A stretch of DNA of 64,000 nt, from assembly GCF_000485595.1 (NCBI RefSeq), contig NW_014577070.1, forward strand, positions 708,354 to 772,353, in the 5' to 3' direction. Source of the DNA: Priapulus caudatus (lineage: Eukaryota). Of this stretch, positions 14,404 to 27,683 are shown piece after piece (positions within the stretch are counted from its first letter, which is position 1; every line of letters begins with the position of its first letter). The position numbers were made by a program, and so were the translations under genes. The notes under the pieces were generated by a model. It was given only the letters and a program-made list of their open reading frames with translations. It was not told the origin of the DNA and did not search any database.

Positions 14404-14470
<67 letters not shown>

Positions 14471-14526
14471 NNNNNNNNNNGAGAGAGAGAGAGAGAGAGA
14501 GTGGGAGAAAGGGAGAGAGAGAGAGC

Positions 14527-14581
<55 letters not shown>

Positions 14582-17500
14582 TGAGAGAGAGAGATTCTTG
14601 TTGCAGGCACGTCTTGCTGCACCCAGCGCAAACAGCAGATGGGTGTCTGGCTGTGTTTGCGTTGTTAATGGTGAGGGTGACTTCAGCAGGAGTCACAGAA
14701 AGTTGTTTACAAAACACCCGCGAATCGTTCTCTTTCGCACAATTGCTTACGCAACTGTGTCGTAACAGCAAGAGCCAGTGCAGGGCGTGGAGACGGCTGG
14801 GTCAGCCTGGGTGGATCCTTGCACAGTTTCATGTAATGAGCTTTCCCTCACGAAAGCGATATGAGCGTGGCGTTGCTTTGAATGGTCGGACCAGATATTA
14901 GGTAATTCCTAAGGTTTCATGAGACTTGACGTCTGTGCGTGCTCTGCGAGCAATGAACTGTATTGTGAGCAAGGCTTTACGAAATATTACGATTCGAGAT
15001 CGAGCCCCATAAACTTAAAATAATGTCACCGCCAGCGCCATCTTGGTGTTTACGTGAGAATAATTAAGTTACTGGTGTCGCAATAAATGGCCAATTAATT
15101 ATCAATCAAACAGAGTTTCCTGTTGCCTGTCTATCGGCGAATGCATGACAAAGCCATTAGTCTGGCTATGTCGTGCGTGGGTGCACTCACTGTCTCTCTA
15201 AGAGCTACATGCATCTCTGCTACTGCATTCCAGTTTCCCACATATTTGTTTAGGGGAAAAAATCAAGTATGCAGACTTGCTATGTTTACTTGCTGTTTTT
15301 TGAGTATAATGCTATACTCTCTCCGCGGGTTTATTCGAAGCAATGGTAAATAAATATTAGAAGTCAAAAATCGTTCCCGATTTTCTGGTGTTGACTTACT
15401 AGAGATGACAAGATGATATTGATTAGAAAAACAACAACAGCAATGACAACTACAACAACAATAATAATAATAATGATAATAATACCTATTATTAGTAGCA
15501 GTATTATTATTGTTATGTTTTGTAATTAGTGTTGTTATTTATTTGTATGTAATTTGTGTTATTATATTGTTATGTATTTCGTGCAGATTGAGAAGGACGT
15601 GACTGGTCTGATATCGCTGACAATCCCCGAGGTGTTCTCGGAGGACGCGGGCAAGTACGTAGTGAAGGCAAGCAACACTGCCGGAGAAGCTAAGTGCTAT
15701 GCGCTGCTCATCGTAAAACCAACCGAACCGATCACACCTGTTGCGGTAAGTGTGCGGTTCACGAAAACATTGCTTCGTCAACATTCGATACGTTATAATC
15801 TCACGATACACGCACAGACGTATTTAAGTAGAATTAACGAAATGACCAAAGCGGAGGGTGTATATCTAACTGCGGATTCAAATTCGCTTTTATTTTTGTA
15901 GCGAGTTTACCACGTGCATTGCACGAGTACCAGATTTTTCCAACTGGAGTAACAGTATGGTTTCTGTAAACTTTTATAATCCTTTAAGTGTGAGTTATCA
16001 TTAAGAAAGCGTCTATAACCGTAACAAGAATGCACGTGTTATGCTCTTTAAAAGTTTATAGTTATACGCTATTTCAACACTGGCAAACGTACCGCATAAA
16101 ATATACTCAGCCAGCACAAGTACTCCCTTTCAATCGCTGTATATTTAGGGCAATAAATTGTGTTCAAGTCGGTTCTTAACGGCGCATATACTTATTTGTG
16201 TAGTCCACAAACCACATGTGAAAATGCTCAAAAACATGTGCTCATAAGACAGTTGTTCACAACGGTAATAGAAGAAGAGACAAATGCTCACAACTTGTTT
16301 TTGTGTAATCTTGATAAATTTTTTTAACTTTGCACGTGTCGCAGGAAAATGTAGAAGGATGGTAATGTGGAGAAGGAAGTGAGAGTTAAAGAAGAATGAG
16401 AAGAATTAAGGATATTATCTGAGAATGTGAAATGAAACGCTAAATGCTATCTGAAATGTTAATCTGAGGTGTGCATGATAAACTACAAAAGTCGCTAAAG
16501 AAACAATTCGTTTTTTCAAATATTTTCTAATTTATGTTTATGTGCATTTTAACGTTTTTGTGTGAGAATTTTTCTTTTTTATTATTGTTGTAAACATTTT
16601 TTTTAGTATTTGTCTTGTGGGCATTTGCCATGGATTCATGGGAATTACATGTGAATATATATATATATATTATAACAATATCAGTAAAAGCAAAATGTTT
16701 TAAATACATCGAATGAGTTACAGTCACGTGTTTTTGCAACATGCTGTTACTCTAATGAACGGGATTAAATTTAAGTAAACTTAACTGAAGTGTTTACGAA
16801 CTATTAGGTGTTTAGTTGTGCTGTGAAACAGATGCTGTCTGTCATACTTGTATCTGTCATAACAGCTATCATCACACCTCTTCTTCAATGTATACAAGTG
16901 AAAATATCGAATACTTGGATGTTTACCTTTGTTCTAAATTCAGTTTTGCTTTAGAATTTGGTGGTTTTACACGAGTTCCTTACTGAATATTTTGCGTTCT
17001 GGTTTTTGCGTGTGGGTCATGAGGTAAGGCGATATGTTTGTCTAAAATATTCTGTTAGCTGCGCCGTTGGCATCATCCCAATTATCCGGGAGTCGGTGCT
17101 GTCAGCAACGCGTAGCAGGCTTCAGTCGAGATTCCGTGAGCATTCCAAGCAGAGCTCTGGTTTGTTCGTGTTAAGGCTATGTGAGTCGGATACCGAGCAT
17201 CGTCTAGGCATGGCAAGTTGCAGCTTCACGTTTTCTGAACATGTTTTAGATGTAGTATAACTTCAGGTGTTTTCGAGCGCGATCGCTATATATTATTTTA
17301 CCGCCGAGCATCCTAACGTTGGTTGTTCTGATTGTTCCTGTTCAGATGCCAGTGGCACCAGTAGAGACAGGACACCCACCGGAGTTTGTGCAGCTGTTCC
17401 GGGACACACATGCCCCGGAGAACAGCACAGTCACATTCGAGTGTGTTGTCAGAGGATCACCGAAACCCAGAGTACAGTGGACACACAATGGATTCCCGAT

Positions 17501-20500
17501 AACCAACCCGAACTGGAGGTGAGTCTTGTCGCCGCGTCGCGTTGGTTGCTTCGGTTGCGCTAGCGGATGATTCGTGATGCTTGTGCGATGAGGATGCTGT
17601 CAGCTGGTGAAGCTTAGCAGCTCTGCGCTATGGCTCACTTTTTGTCGTTTAGAAGTTAATTGGCTCGAAGTGCGCGTTTTTTTGGTCATAGCCGGTATGT
17701 GTATGTGGCATGTATCAGCATAGTCACTTATAGTTCGGTGATTGCTTTGAATATCTGTGTCGAAAGATGATAGATTCTAGTAATCGATGCAGCAGTTTTG
17801 TGTTACGGATGTTAAGGCGAAAAAACGCTGACATTTTCGTGAAAAACTTATTGCAGTGATTAATGCATGCATGCAAACAACTGCATACATCACATCGAAA
17901 ATCCGGAATTATTATTTTGGAATGTAGTGTTGATGAAGCAACTATACATGAATTGTTATTCGAAAATCACTTCTGGAGCCTGGCACACTTACTCTCATCG
18001 TTTCGTGGTTAAGTCACGATCATCCAGGAATTTTTGCGGGTCGACTTTCGCGGGGACGAGAACTTACTCGTGGGTGGTGCGTTTCAGGATTGACATGGAA
18101 GGAGACAAGCATTCGCTGACCATACCCAGCGTTCAAGCTGGAGATGCCGGTCGCATCTCCATCTCAGCTGAGAACACCAGTGGAAAGGCGACATGTGCTG
18201 CACAACTAGCGGCCACCCGTACGTCTCTACTATGTCTATATACTATATATATATATACTATAGAGTATGTATACTGTTCATTCTCGCTGACAAGTCAGAA
18301 ATGTTGTTTGAATTGTCATTAACATTGGGCATCTACTATGCGCTCCTGTAGTAGCGTGTTGATTGTCTTTGTTTGTCTGAAAAGTGGTTTGAAAAGTTGG
18401 TTTTGGGTTAACAACCATTTTTGTAGTAAAATAGAAGTCACTTGAGAAAACGAAAAAATACAAGTCAAACGGAATTGCAATGATATTTTTTGTTTTTTGA
18501 TATATAAATACGTATACATATAAACTGATATCAATATCTGGCTGTGAACGTCTTCTGTTGAAGTATTTCATCAGCGTCTCAAGCTAAAATTGCATTGCGA
18601 TTAAGAACGCATTTCAATTTACCTTAACGAGTTAACGAGTGAACGAGGATTAATTGGCCGGAGTTCGTAACTTGGCTTCCGTGCGATGTTTCAGCGCCGA
18701 CAGGAGTTGCGGTCTACAGCCAGCCGATGCAGATGTCGGATGGTCGTTCCTACCACCACGAGGCAAGGAGCAGCTACTCTGACTGGGAGGTGCACAAGTC
18801 CAGCTCGATGAGGAGCCGCAGTAGTGAGGCGTGGGGTACCACCACCGACGCCACTATGCAGGTATTGCTACTAAATTAACACAAGTCCGGTTTGATATGA
18901 GGTGATGTTTAGTTATCTGTATGTGGTAACGCAAGTGACAGTGTTGTTACATTCGTTTGCATTGAATCGAAGGCGATGCTATTATGGTTTGAAAAAATGA
19001 ACGGTTATAGTGTATACACAATGGCACGTGGGCAGACCGTTTGTAACAAATCATTGCGTGTTTAAATATAAATACGTGAGCGGGAAGTTCTAAGGCGAGT
19101 CAATTTCTATTCTTTTAGCAGTCACAGCAGGCATTTGCATCATCCATGACAAGTAGCAGCGCTCAGGGTGCGACTAGCCAGCCGTACGTAGCCGTCCGCC
19201 CCGCCGGAAGGCTGAGCTGGCCCGCTGCGCACGAGGCACCGAAACCCATTGAGGCTCCGAAGTATCAAGACTACCAGTTCACTGTGGCTGCTACTGCTAG
19301 GCCCAGTGGCCCGCAAGTGCCACCGACGTTCAGCCAGCCGGTCAAGAGCCAGGCTGCGACGGACGGCGAAAGAATTCTACTCGAGGGAGTAGTGACAGGT
19401 AAAGCAAAGTGGATGACGCTCGCCAGGATGCACCGAGGCATAAATAAACTCTTCGAAATAAATTCTTCGAAAGTGTTTTGCTTTGACGTAACACCGATAT
19501 ATGTATTCCCGTTCGCAGGTCAACCGACCCCGACAGTGACTTGGTACAAAGATGGCGTGGAGATCACCAATAATCCCTACTATCAGATCTCCTATCAGAC
19601 CTACAATGGGCACGTGTCGCTGAGCGTTGTTCGCTCACGCCTGGACGATGCCGGAAAGTACACCTGCAAGGCCGAGAATCCATCTGGAACCAGTTCCAGC
19701 AGCGCTGAGGTTCTCGTGAAAGGTAGGCGGTCGCCATTGATGCATGCTGACGCGTGTTGCGACGGCGGTGGCTGCGGGGCCCAATTACGCGAATTTTTTT
19801 ATCGTTGGCATCACAGCTGTAACTGCGAGTTTTTTCTACGAGTATCATCTGTGGATGTAGTCGGTGGTGCGTGGTGGTGGTGGCGGGTGTTGGAATTCTT
19901 TTGAAAGCTGCTGAGATAAGTTGAGTATATATATACGGGGAGTGCTGGAGAGTGCAGCCTGCACAGCGTCCAAATTTAGAAACTGTTGCCAACTAACATA
20001 ATCCACATGTTTGCAACTGTCACTGTGTAAACCAACAGCACTAGTCCAAAACAACATGGGTGTCGGGTACTAACTGTACAAAATGAGTAAGTTGCCAACT
20101 CGTTTTGAAGAATTTTGGAAATGTGTGCACCAAGTTTTTTGTATGAGTATGACAGGAATGCTTCCATTTTATATTGGCGATGATTATCTAACAAACCTAA
20201 AACAGCTATAACTAAAAGTACATTTTGATTGTTTAAAAAAAGTTTTGCTTTCGTTAGATTGGGTGTAATACATTATTAATAATGTTAATTTACATAATTA
20301 ATACATAATCATAACATCATATGTTGATTACAATGTAATGTTATGGTTGTCAAACATTACACTGGATTGATATCGGTTAATAATTTAGTAAGCCAAAAAC
20401 CTTAATAAATGATCAATGTGAGTTCATTGTTAAACGAAAATTACAAATTTTTACGTGAAGCAATTATCTCTGACAATAAATATAATTAAAACAATTAACT

Positions 20501-21616
20501 ATACAAGAATCAAAGATTTTTTCTGTTCTTGCTTTCAGCCCACACAGTCGCACCTAACTTCGTACAGAAGTTGCAAAGCAAGGTAATCAAGGAGGGTGAG
20601 TACCTGCGCTTTGACGTGCGTGTGACGGGCATACCCGAGCCGTCAGTGACGTGGTACCGCGAGAACGTGCCGATCAAGAGCACGCCAGACTTCCAGGTCA
20701 CCCAGAACGGAGATCTGCACTCGCTCATCGTGACCGAGGCGTTCAAGGAGGACTCCGGAAAGTTCTCGGTGCGCGCCGAGAACGAGGCTGGAGTCGCCCA
20801 GTGCACAGCGGATCTCATCGTTGGGAAAGGTAGGGCTGGCTCTCTAACTCCTTCCCTAGTTTCCCCCTTCCCCTCCCCCTCCCCGGTGAGGCAGGCATTG
20901 TGTCACTGCCGCCTATATTTAATCAGCAAGGCGTGCGGAGCCTTAACGACCAGCCACCGGTGTTACCATGGCACCCTGACTCCGGGTCGAGCTCGCCGCA
21001 TCGTCACCGCTCGTCGCTCGCCCCCGAACTCTGCGCTACCTGCTGCTGCTAACGAGCGCTGCATCGCCACGGCGCCGCGCTCCCAGCTTCCTCGCATTGC
21101 AAGCATCTCCGTCTGCTACTGTCCGCGAACGTCAGCGCTTCGTTAGCGCGTGCGCAGCTTCCCCGCGGCGCATCCCGGCATGCCCGTGTGAAGTCCGTGT
21201 GGCTTCTTCGACCACGGCCTTCCTTCACCCGTGGTTACGTCATCGATGATGTGCTCCTCCTCCTTACACATGGCTTCGCGCTTCCTCAGCCTCCCGCTCG
21301 CATCAGCATCAGCATCATCGGCGGATGAGGTTCTGCAGCTCGTACCAGTCGGTCGTGTCGTCGGCGAGGTTGAGGCAGTCCAGCTTCACGTAGATGGCGC
21401 CGAGAAAGTCGTTCTCCTTGAGCATGTCGTAGTTCCAGACGGTCACCGACAGCGTGCGCGTGCCGATGACGTCGAGCGGCAGACGATACATGATCTGTGT
21501 GGGAGAGAACGAGGAGGAACGACAGCAGAACGCTGTTGTTACGGCGACGTGGTAGCGTGGTGACCCGTGTCTCGCCTAGCCATGATATGGTGACTGGCAC
21601 GCACGAGCGAGAGAGT

Positions 21617-21671
<55 letters not shown>

Positions 21672-21674
21672 GGG

Positions 21675-21712
<38 letters not shown>

Positions 21713-24700
21713 TAGAGAGAGAAAGACAGAGAGAGTAAGAGAGGGACAGAGAGTCATCACGAAGGAAGGAAAGTGCCAGGGTATGCGATAAAACAAGTGA
21801 GAGAGGACAAACAATGGGAGAAAGAAAGACAGAGGGGACAATACGAGAAAGAAAGAAATAGAAAGAGACAGAGAGCGACAATGAGAGAGCTCTCACCATC
21901 TCGTTGTACGTCGGATGGAAGGTCTTGTGTGCGACCTTGGTCTTGCGCTTGGTCATCTTCGTCGGGTCCGGAAGCAGGTAGAGCTTCACGTAGGGATCCG
22001 GCTCCTTGCCATCCAGCGTGTTCTGCGTGCGCAGCATCCACATCGTTAACACGGCGACGTTAATTACGAGAACCCCATCAACGCAAACACGCGTCTGGGG
22101 GAATGAGGGAGCGGGGAGGAATATATCAGCCGGGGGGCTTGCTAACATTACGAGAATCGTAGATGTAACCAACCTTTCTCCTCGGACATTGTTGTTAGAT
22201 CGAGGCTAGACTAGTTTATACATATATACGACCAGTTATATTGAACTTTGATTCACTTGTTATTTTAGAACATCTAGTTGCAACAATGATTGTCTATATA
22301 GCTGGCCATCAGCCGGGTGGATACACCAATTATCAAAACAATTAAGAACGACAAGGGTCGCTGATGATCGTTATCATTACTAATCGCAAGTGTCGGCGCG
22401 AAAGAAACAATTACGAATGCTGATTAGGAATTTTAATTTGGGAAATTACAATGAAATTTCAATTACGAGAACTTAATGGATTTTAATTACGGCGCACAGC
22501 AACGGCGGAGCCAGCGCCTCCCTCTCTCAAGGCGTGGCGCCACCTATAGGGCAAAGATGACAGCATGACCACACCGTGTTGATGGTATTGTTGTTGTTAT
22601 TTACGTTGATGCTGTTGTTGTTGCTGTTGTTACTTTTATTATTATTGTTGTTGTTGTTGTTGCTGTTGTTACTTTTATTATTATTGTTGTTGTTGTTGTT
22701 GCNNNNNNNNNNCTCCCCTGCCCGGCTCTCTGACTCCCTGCCCCCCTCCAGCACCCAGCTCTCTGACTCCCTGCTTCCCCTTCCCCCGCCTGGCTTTCTG
22801 ACTCCCTCCCTCTCCCCCCTCCCCCCGGCTCGCAGACAGAGAATTTTCGCAACGACAGCGAAGGCACGCCGAGCCCCTTTTTGCAAATACGTTCGTAATG
22901 CATCCCATTTTGCACCGGTGGACACGTGATAGAGTAATGTTAAAACGAAAGGGGTGTTCAAATTTGTTCTTTACTTTTTGTCTGTTGGTGTTCTCGTTTG
23001 TCTAGCTGCTCGGCTGCTCTCTGATAGCAACGTTTGGGTTTGCTACATGGGGTTATGGTTGCACTCGAAAAGGTAAAACTTGGTGCAGCTACAGATCCCG
23101 AGTATAAGTCTGTTTTCTCTTACTGTAATGCAGTTTGATGACATAGTTGACTGTATTTTTTTTATCTGTTTAGGACCAATGCAACAGGTAGTGAGAACCA
23201 GTCCGCAACACTCTGCCAGTGTTAGAGTAGTAGACCGAATGGCTTCAACCCAAGGCTATAAGACTGTCACACAGCAGGTACGGTCAGCTGTGATGTGTGG
23301 GTTGCCACACACTGTTCCTCACCACATACTTTCAAAACATTGCACGTAATAGCAGATTGCGTATTGTCATAGATAGAGATGCGTTTAGGGATACGTTTTT
23401 ATTCTTGTGTTTATGCAAACTCTCTTATTCCAGCCATGGGTAACCGAAACCAGAGACACTAAAGATTCTGCAAGTGCATATTTGAAGAGGACATTGACGG
23501 AACATGTTCCACTGTCCTTCCCATCACTGCTTAGCTCCGCTCCATCCTTTGTTAGGGTGAGTCATCAGTAAATTCTCTACTGCTACGGATGTACTTCTTC
23601 ATCTAGTAACACAAGTAACAACACTAGCTCACTAATTTATTTTTAAACATATATATTGGATAACTATTGCCAACTAACATTGTGGGAGTGGTCGTGAATT
23701 GTCCGCGATTTGTCTGAATCAATTTGAAAAAAAAACCATGTTTACTAACTCAATACCATGAAACACACATTTACATATGTAAATAAAAATAAGTAAATAA
23801 ATATATGTTCGTGATAATACTCCGCTAATGATGTTGTGTAAATTTTTGTACAGCCCCTTAAGAACGTACAGGGCAAGCAGGGCCATCGCGTGGTGCTGGA
23901 GTGCCAGGTAACAGGACACCCGACACCCGAGATCACCTGGGCACGTGAGAGCATAACCATCAAGAGCTCTCCAGACTTCCAGATCACATACAATAATGGC
24001 GTCTGCACCCTGACCATTCCAAATATCTTCCCCGAAGATACTGGAAGGTGAGTCGTCGAGCTGCAGCACACACAAGAGGAGCCATTGAAAATGGATCTTA
24101 TGAAATATTGCCTTCTGTACCTAATCTGCTACATTTCGTGCTATGGGTGTGTTATTGTATTGTGCAAAATGGAATCCTTCAAGTTATTAAATAGTTGTTG
24201 TGTGTACAGTTGGAATTGTGTTTAATTGTGATGTTTCCCCCATGCAGGTACACATGTACAGCTACTAATGCTTCAGGCAGCAAAACGACTTCAGCATTCC
24301 TTAGTGTGCAACGCGTTGATGAGACACCGTCAGTCGCAAGGCAAGCAACCTCTTCATTTACGTCAATCTAATTCTCGTGTAAATTCATCAGTCAGGTCGA
24401 TCGTTCGAGTATCTCTGTAGATAGCTATTTGAGATGTACTTATTGCCTAATTGGCTAACTATTGTCCAACTCCTCTTGCAGTTTGCGACATTTAACGTTG
24501 GATTTTTTGTTTTTGTGATTCACATGCTAGTCGTTCGCCGTTTGTGACATCTAGATTTGTGTTTGCAAACTGTGCTTGTTGGTATTTTGCGATTCACGTG
24601 CAACTTTCCCATCATTGTAGGACGGCATCGGTGTTCGGTCCGCAAGCAATGATTCCGCCCAGCTTCATTAAGCAGCTTGGAACCATTAAGCTGGTCGAAG

Positions 24701-27626
24701 GAAACAGTGCTTTCTTTGAATGCATCGTGCGTGGGCAACCCGACCCAGAAATCATCTGGAGTCGCAGAGGCGTGCCCATCATGACAGGCTACAGGTGATT
24801 GTCACGTGGATACTTGTCCGTACAGGAAACAGCCAGTGATCGTGTTAATTCCTGCAGAAATCGATTCTGCCAGACTTCTCAGCACATACTTTATCGGATA
24901 TTTAGTGAATTGTAAAGTTACATCCTTTAGATTACTTTGGACGTCATTTGATAGTTCTGGTAGAGACGTTTGCAAGGCCTGTAATGACGATTTTTTCCCC
25001 TTGTTTCAGATATAAAATAGATAACGATTACAAGACAGGAACTTGCACACTTACTGTTAGTAAGGTGTTCTACGACGATGAAGGAGAATATACATGTACC
25101 GGCGTGAACCCAGCAGGAGAGGCATCTACAACTGGCTACTTGCTTAGCGACTGTACGTTTTGATCAAACACTAATACGCAATTTAGCTATCTGTGTGATG
25201 TGATTGACAAGCAATGCTAGCCAACCGTGAGATGTTCTTAAAGACACTGCTTAGCTATGAAGTACCATAAATTCAACAGTTTGAACTGCACGTGTGAAAA
25301 ACATGCATGAACTGGTCTAGATTGAGATTGACATTCTTAACTACAATATATAAAGTGGGCATGGTTATCTCTCTTTCTCTCTCTCTGATCGATGCCCTGC
25401 AGATTTCCACTCTTCTCTACACAAAATCTACAAGTTTGTGATTTCTACTTTGCAGTGAAGTATCGCGAGTATTTGAAGAGCCAGGGTATCGTGGAGCACG
25501 TGTCGCGCACGACTAAGCGCGGCTCGTTCGAGAGCGCGATGTCACCCAGACCGATCGTCGCTCGTACCGGAAGTCTCCCGCCGGCAAAGGCCAGACAGTC
25601 GCCGGTGAGAGTCTACGAATCCGACAGCGTACGTATCCGTGATTCCCAACAGGGAAAATTAACGATTGAATATGATAGAGCCACGCCGTCGGCTGCTCGG
25701 ATAACTTCACGCGTTCAAATGAATTAAAACGCGTACGCGAAGTAAAAATTAAACGTGTATACTGAGTGAAGCATGAATGCTCTTTCTTAAATCCACTACC
25801 CACTAGCCGTCACTATAGGTTGTTGCAATGACCATAAACATTTGTACGACACGATACGTCTGACATCATAGCAATTTTCCGGGTGGCGTTCCGTTCTCGA
25901 TGTGAACTCGATCCAACTCGACACGTTTCCTTCGCGATAGTTTCGTCGGCAATAGTTGATGTTCACCACGTCGTTCGCGCGTTGCAGGAGTTTTGTTCGC
26001 AATAGTCACTGTTCGTCGCGGCGTTTGCACGTTCCTGAAGTGTCGTTCGCAGTAGTCACAATAGATGTTCACCGCGATGTTCACACATTCTTGAAGTGTC
26101 GTTCGCGATGTTCGACGTTCACTCCGTCGTTCGCAATAGTCAATGTTCACCGCTTCGTTCGCAATAGTCGATGTTCACCGCTTCGTTCGCAATAGTCGAT
26201 GTTCGTCCGCTTGTTTGATAGTCGATGTCACGTTCGTTGCAATGTCGATGTTCACCGCTGTCGTTTGCAGAATAAGTCCGATGTTCACCGCTTCGTTCAA
26301 TAGTCGATGTTACGTTCAGTTCGCATATGATTTCCGCTTCGTTCGCAATATTTGATGTTCACCGCTTTGTTTGCGTGCGTTGCAGGAGTTTCGCTCATCA
26401 CAGTATCACAGCCAGTGCAATCATGAAGTATGTACGCGGTACGAACACGAGATCTCGGCACAGATACAGCGGCTACGGGTCGGCAGCCCAGCCGAGTGCC
26501 CGCGCGCGCCATGAATGCGTGTCGCCGCCCGCGTACGGGGCGACGATCGGCATCGCACCACGCAGGCCGTTCGGGCGCCGTCGGCGCGATTCATCGGATC
26601 TGAGCAACTCCCTGCGAGCAGGCGAGGTCGTACTGTCAGATCGAAGTCAAAGCGCAGCACAAAGGTAGGTGGCGCTCAGTATTGTAATCGAGTGTTGTCC
26701 GATTTGCCACACTCCATGATATTAGGTTTACCGCACTTCGTACTACACTCGCCGCACTCTGCACTGCAGTCATTACGTTTGTCGTACTCTGCACTGCAGT
26801 CATTACGTTTTTGTTCTACTTGCTGCGTATGACGTTTCGCACCCGCTGCCTACGATTTACAAACTTCATTTACTACATTCGTAACACTCTGCACTACATT
26901 CATAACACTCTGCACTACATTCGTAACACTCCTCCCTACACTTGTCGCACGCGCACTATGTTTTTTCATAGTCCACACTACTTTTCTCGCTCCGCCGCAC
27001 TACAATTCTCACTCTGCCTCCCTCTCCCTCGCCAGGTGACCTGGTTCAAGGACAGCAAGCGCATCTACCCGTCGCAGCGGCACATCATGCGGCAGCAGGG
27101 CAACACGCACACGCTGCACATCCGCGTCGCACTGCCCGAGGACAGCGGCGACTACACGGCGATGGTCGAGAACCACGCCGGCAGCACGACGAGCGGATGC
27201 CGCATCGTCGTCGAGACCGTCGTCGGCTTCGGCCGCAGGCCGTCCTACACGCCGCGCCGGCCCTCGAAGCAGATCGACGTCGCGACGGGCGAGCACATGC
27301 TCGGACCGGGCTTCGCGAAGGTTCCGGGAGACGTCGAGTGCCGCGAGGGCCAGCTGGTGCGCTTCGACTGCCGCGTGACGGGCCGGCCGTACCCGGACGT
27401 CGAGTGGTACCACAACGACGTGCTCGTGTCGGACGACGCCGCGCACAAGGTGACCGTGAACGAGTACGGCGTGCACTCGCTGCTCATCTTCGCGGCGGAC
27501 GTGCGCGACGCCGGATCGTACATCTGTGTCGCACGCAACCCGATGGGCGAGTCGTCATTCTCCGTGAAACTCACCGTCGTCCGTAAGTGTCCGTGCAGCT
27601 TTAACTGCATCGCTATGCTTGGCTGG

Positions 27627-27683
<57 letters not shown>

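Noticed and set aside
14186..14901. ERER/SLSL ORFs
   Set aside because: (GA)n microsatellite, not coding.
19116..19121. NAGNAG acceptor (tagcag)
   Set aside because: Would add or remove one Gln in a low-complexity spacer; common and unremarkable.
19399..19518. 120-nt stop-free in-frame intron (possible retention)
   Set aside because: Good splice sites; retention would insert 40 aa inside an Ig fold. A short stop-free intron is expected by chance among ~90.
22180..22216. cctcg...cgagg stem followed by CTAG as a Helitron 3' end explaining PI3K capture
   Set aside because: Only a 5-bp stem with a long loop, no matching 5' end, and the foreign segment seems to extend to 22702.
22537..22550. 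CTCF-like motif gcgccacctatagg
   Set aside because: Single imperfect match with no supporting context.
22527..22961. Poly-L, poly-N and poly-T ORFs
   Set aside because: (TTG)n microsatellite plus gap.
27009..27610. Antisense and alternate-frame ORFs over GC-rich exons (also 29519-30066, 39259-39834, 43871-44365)
   Set aside because: Shadow ORFs from high GC3 codon usage of the titin exons; no recognisable protein.
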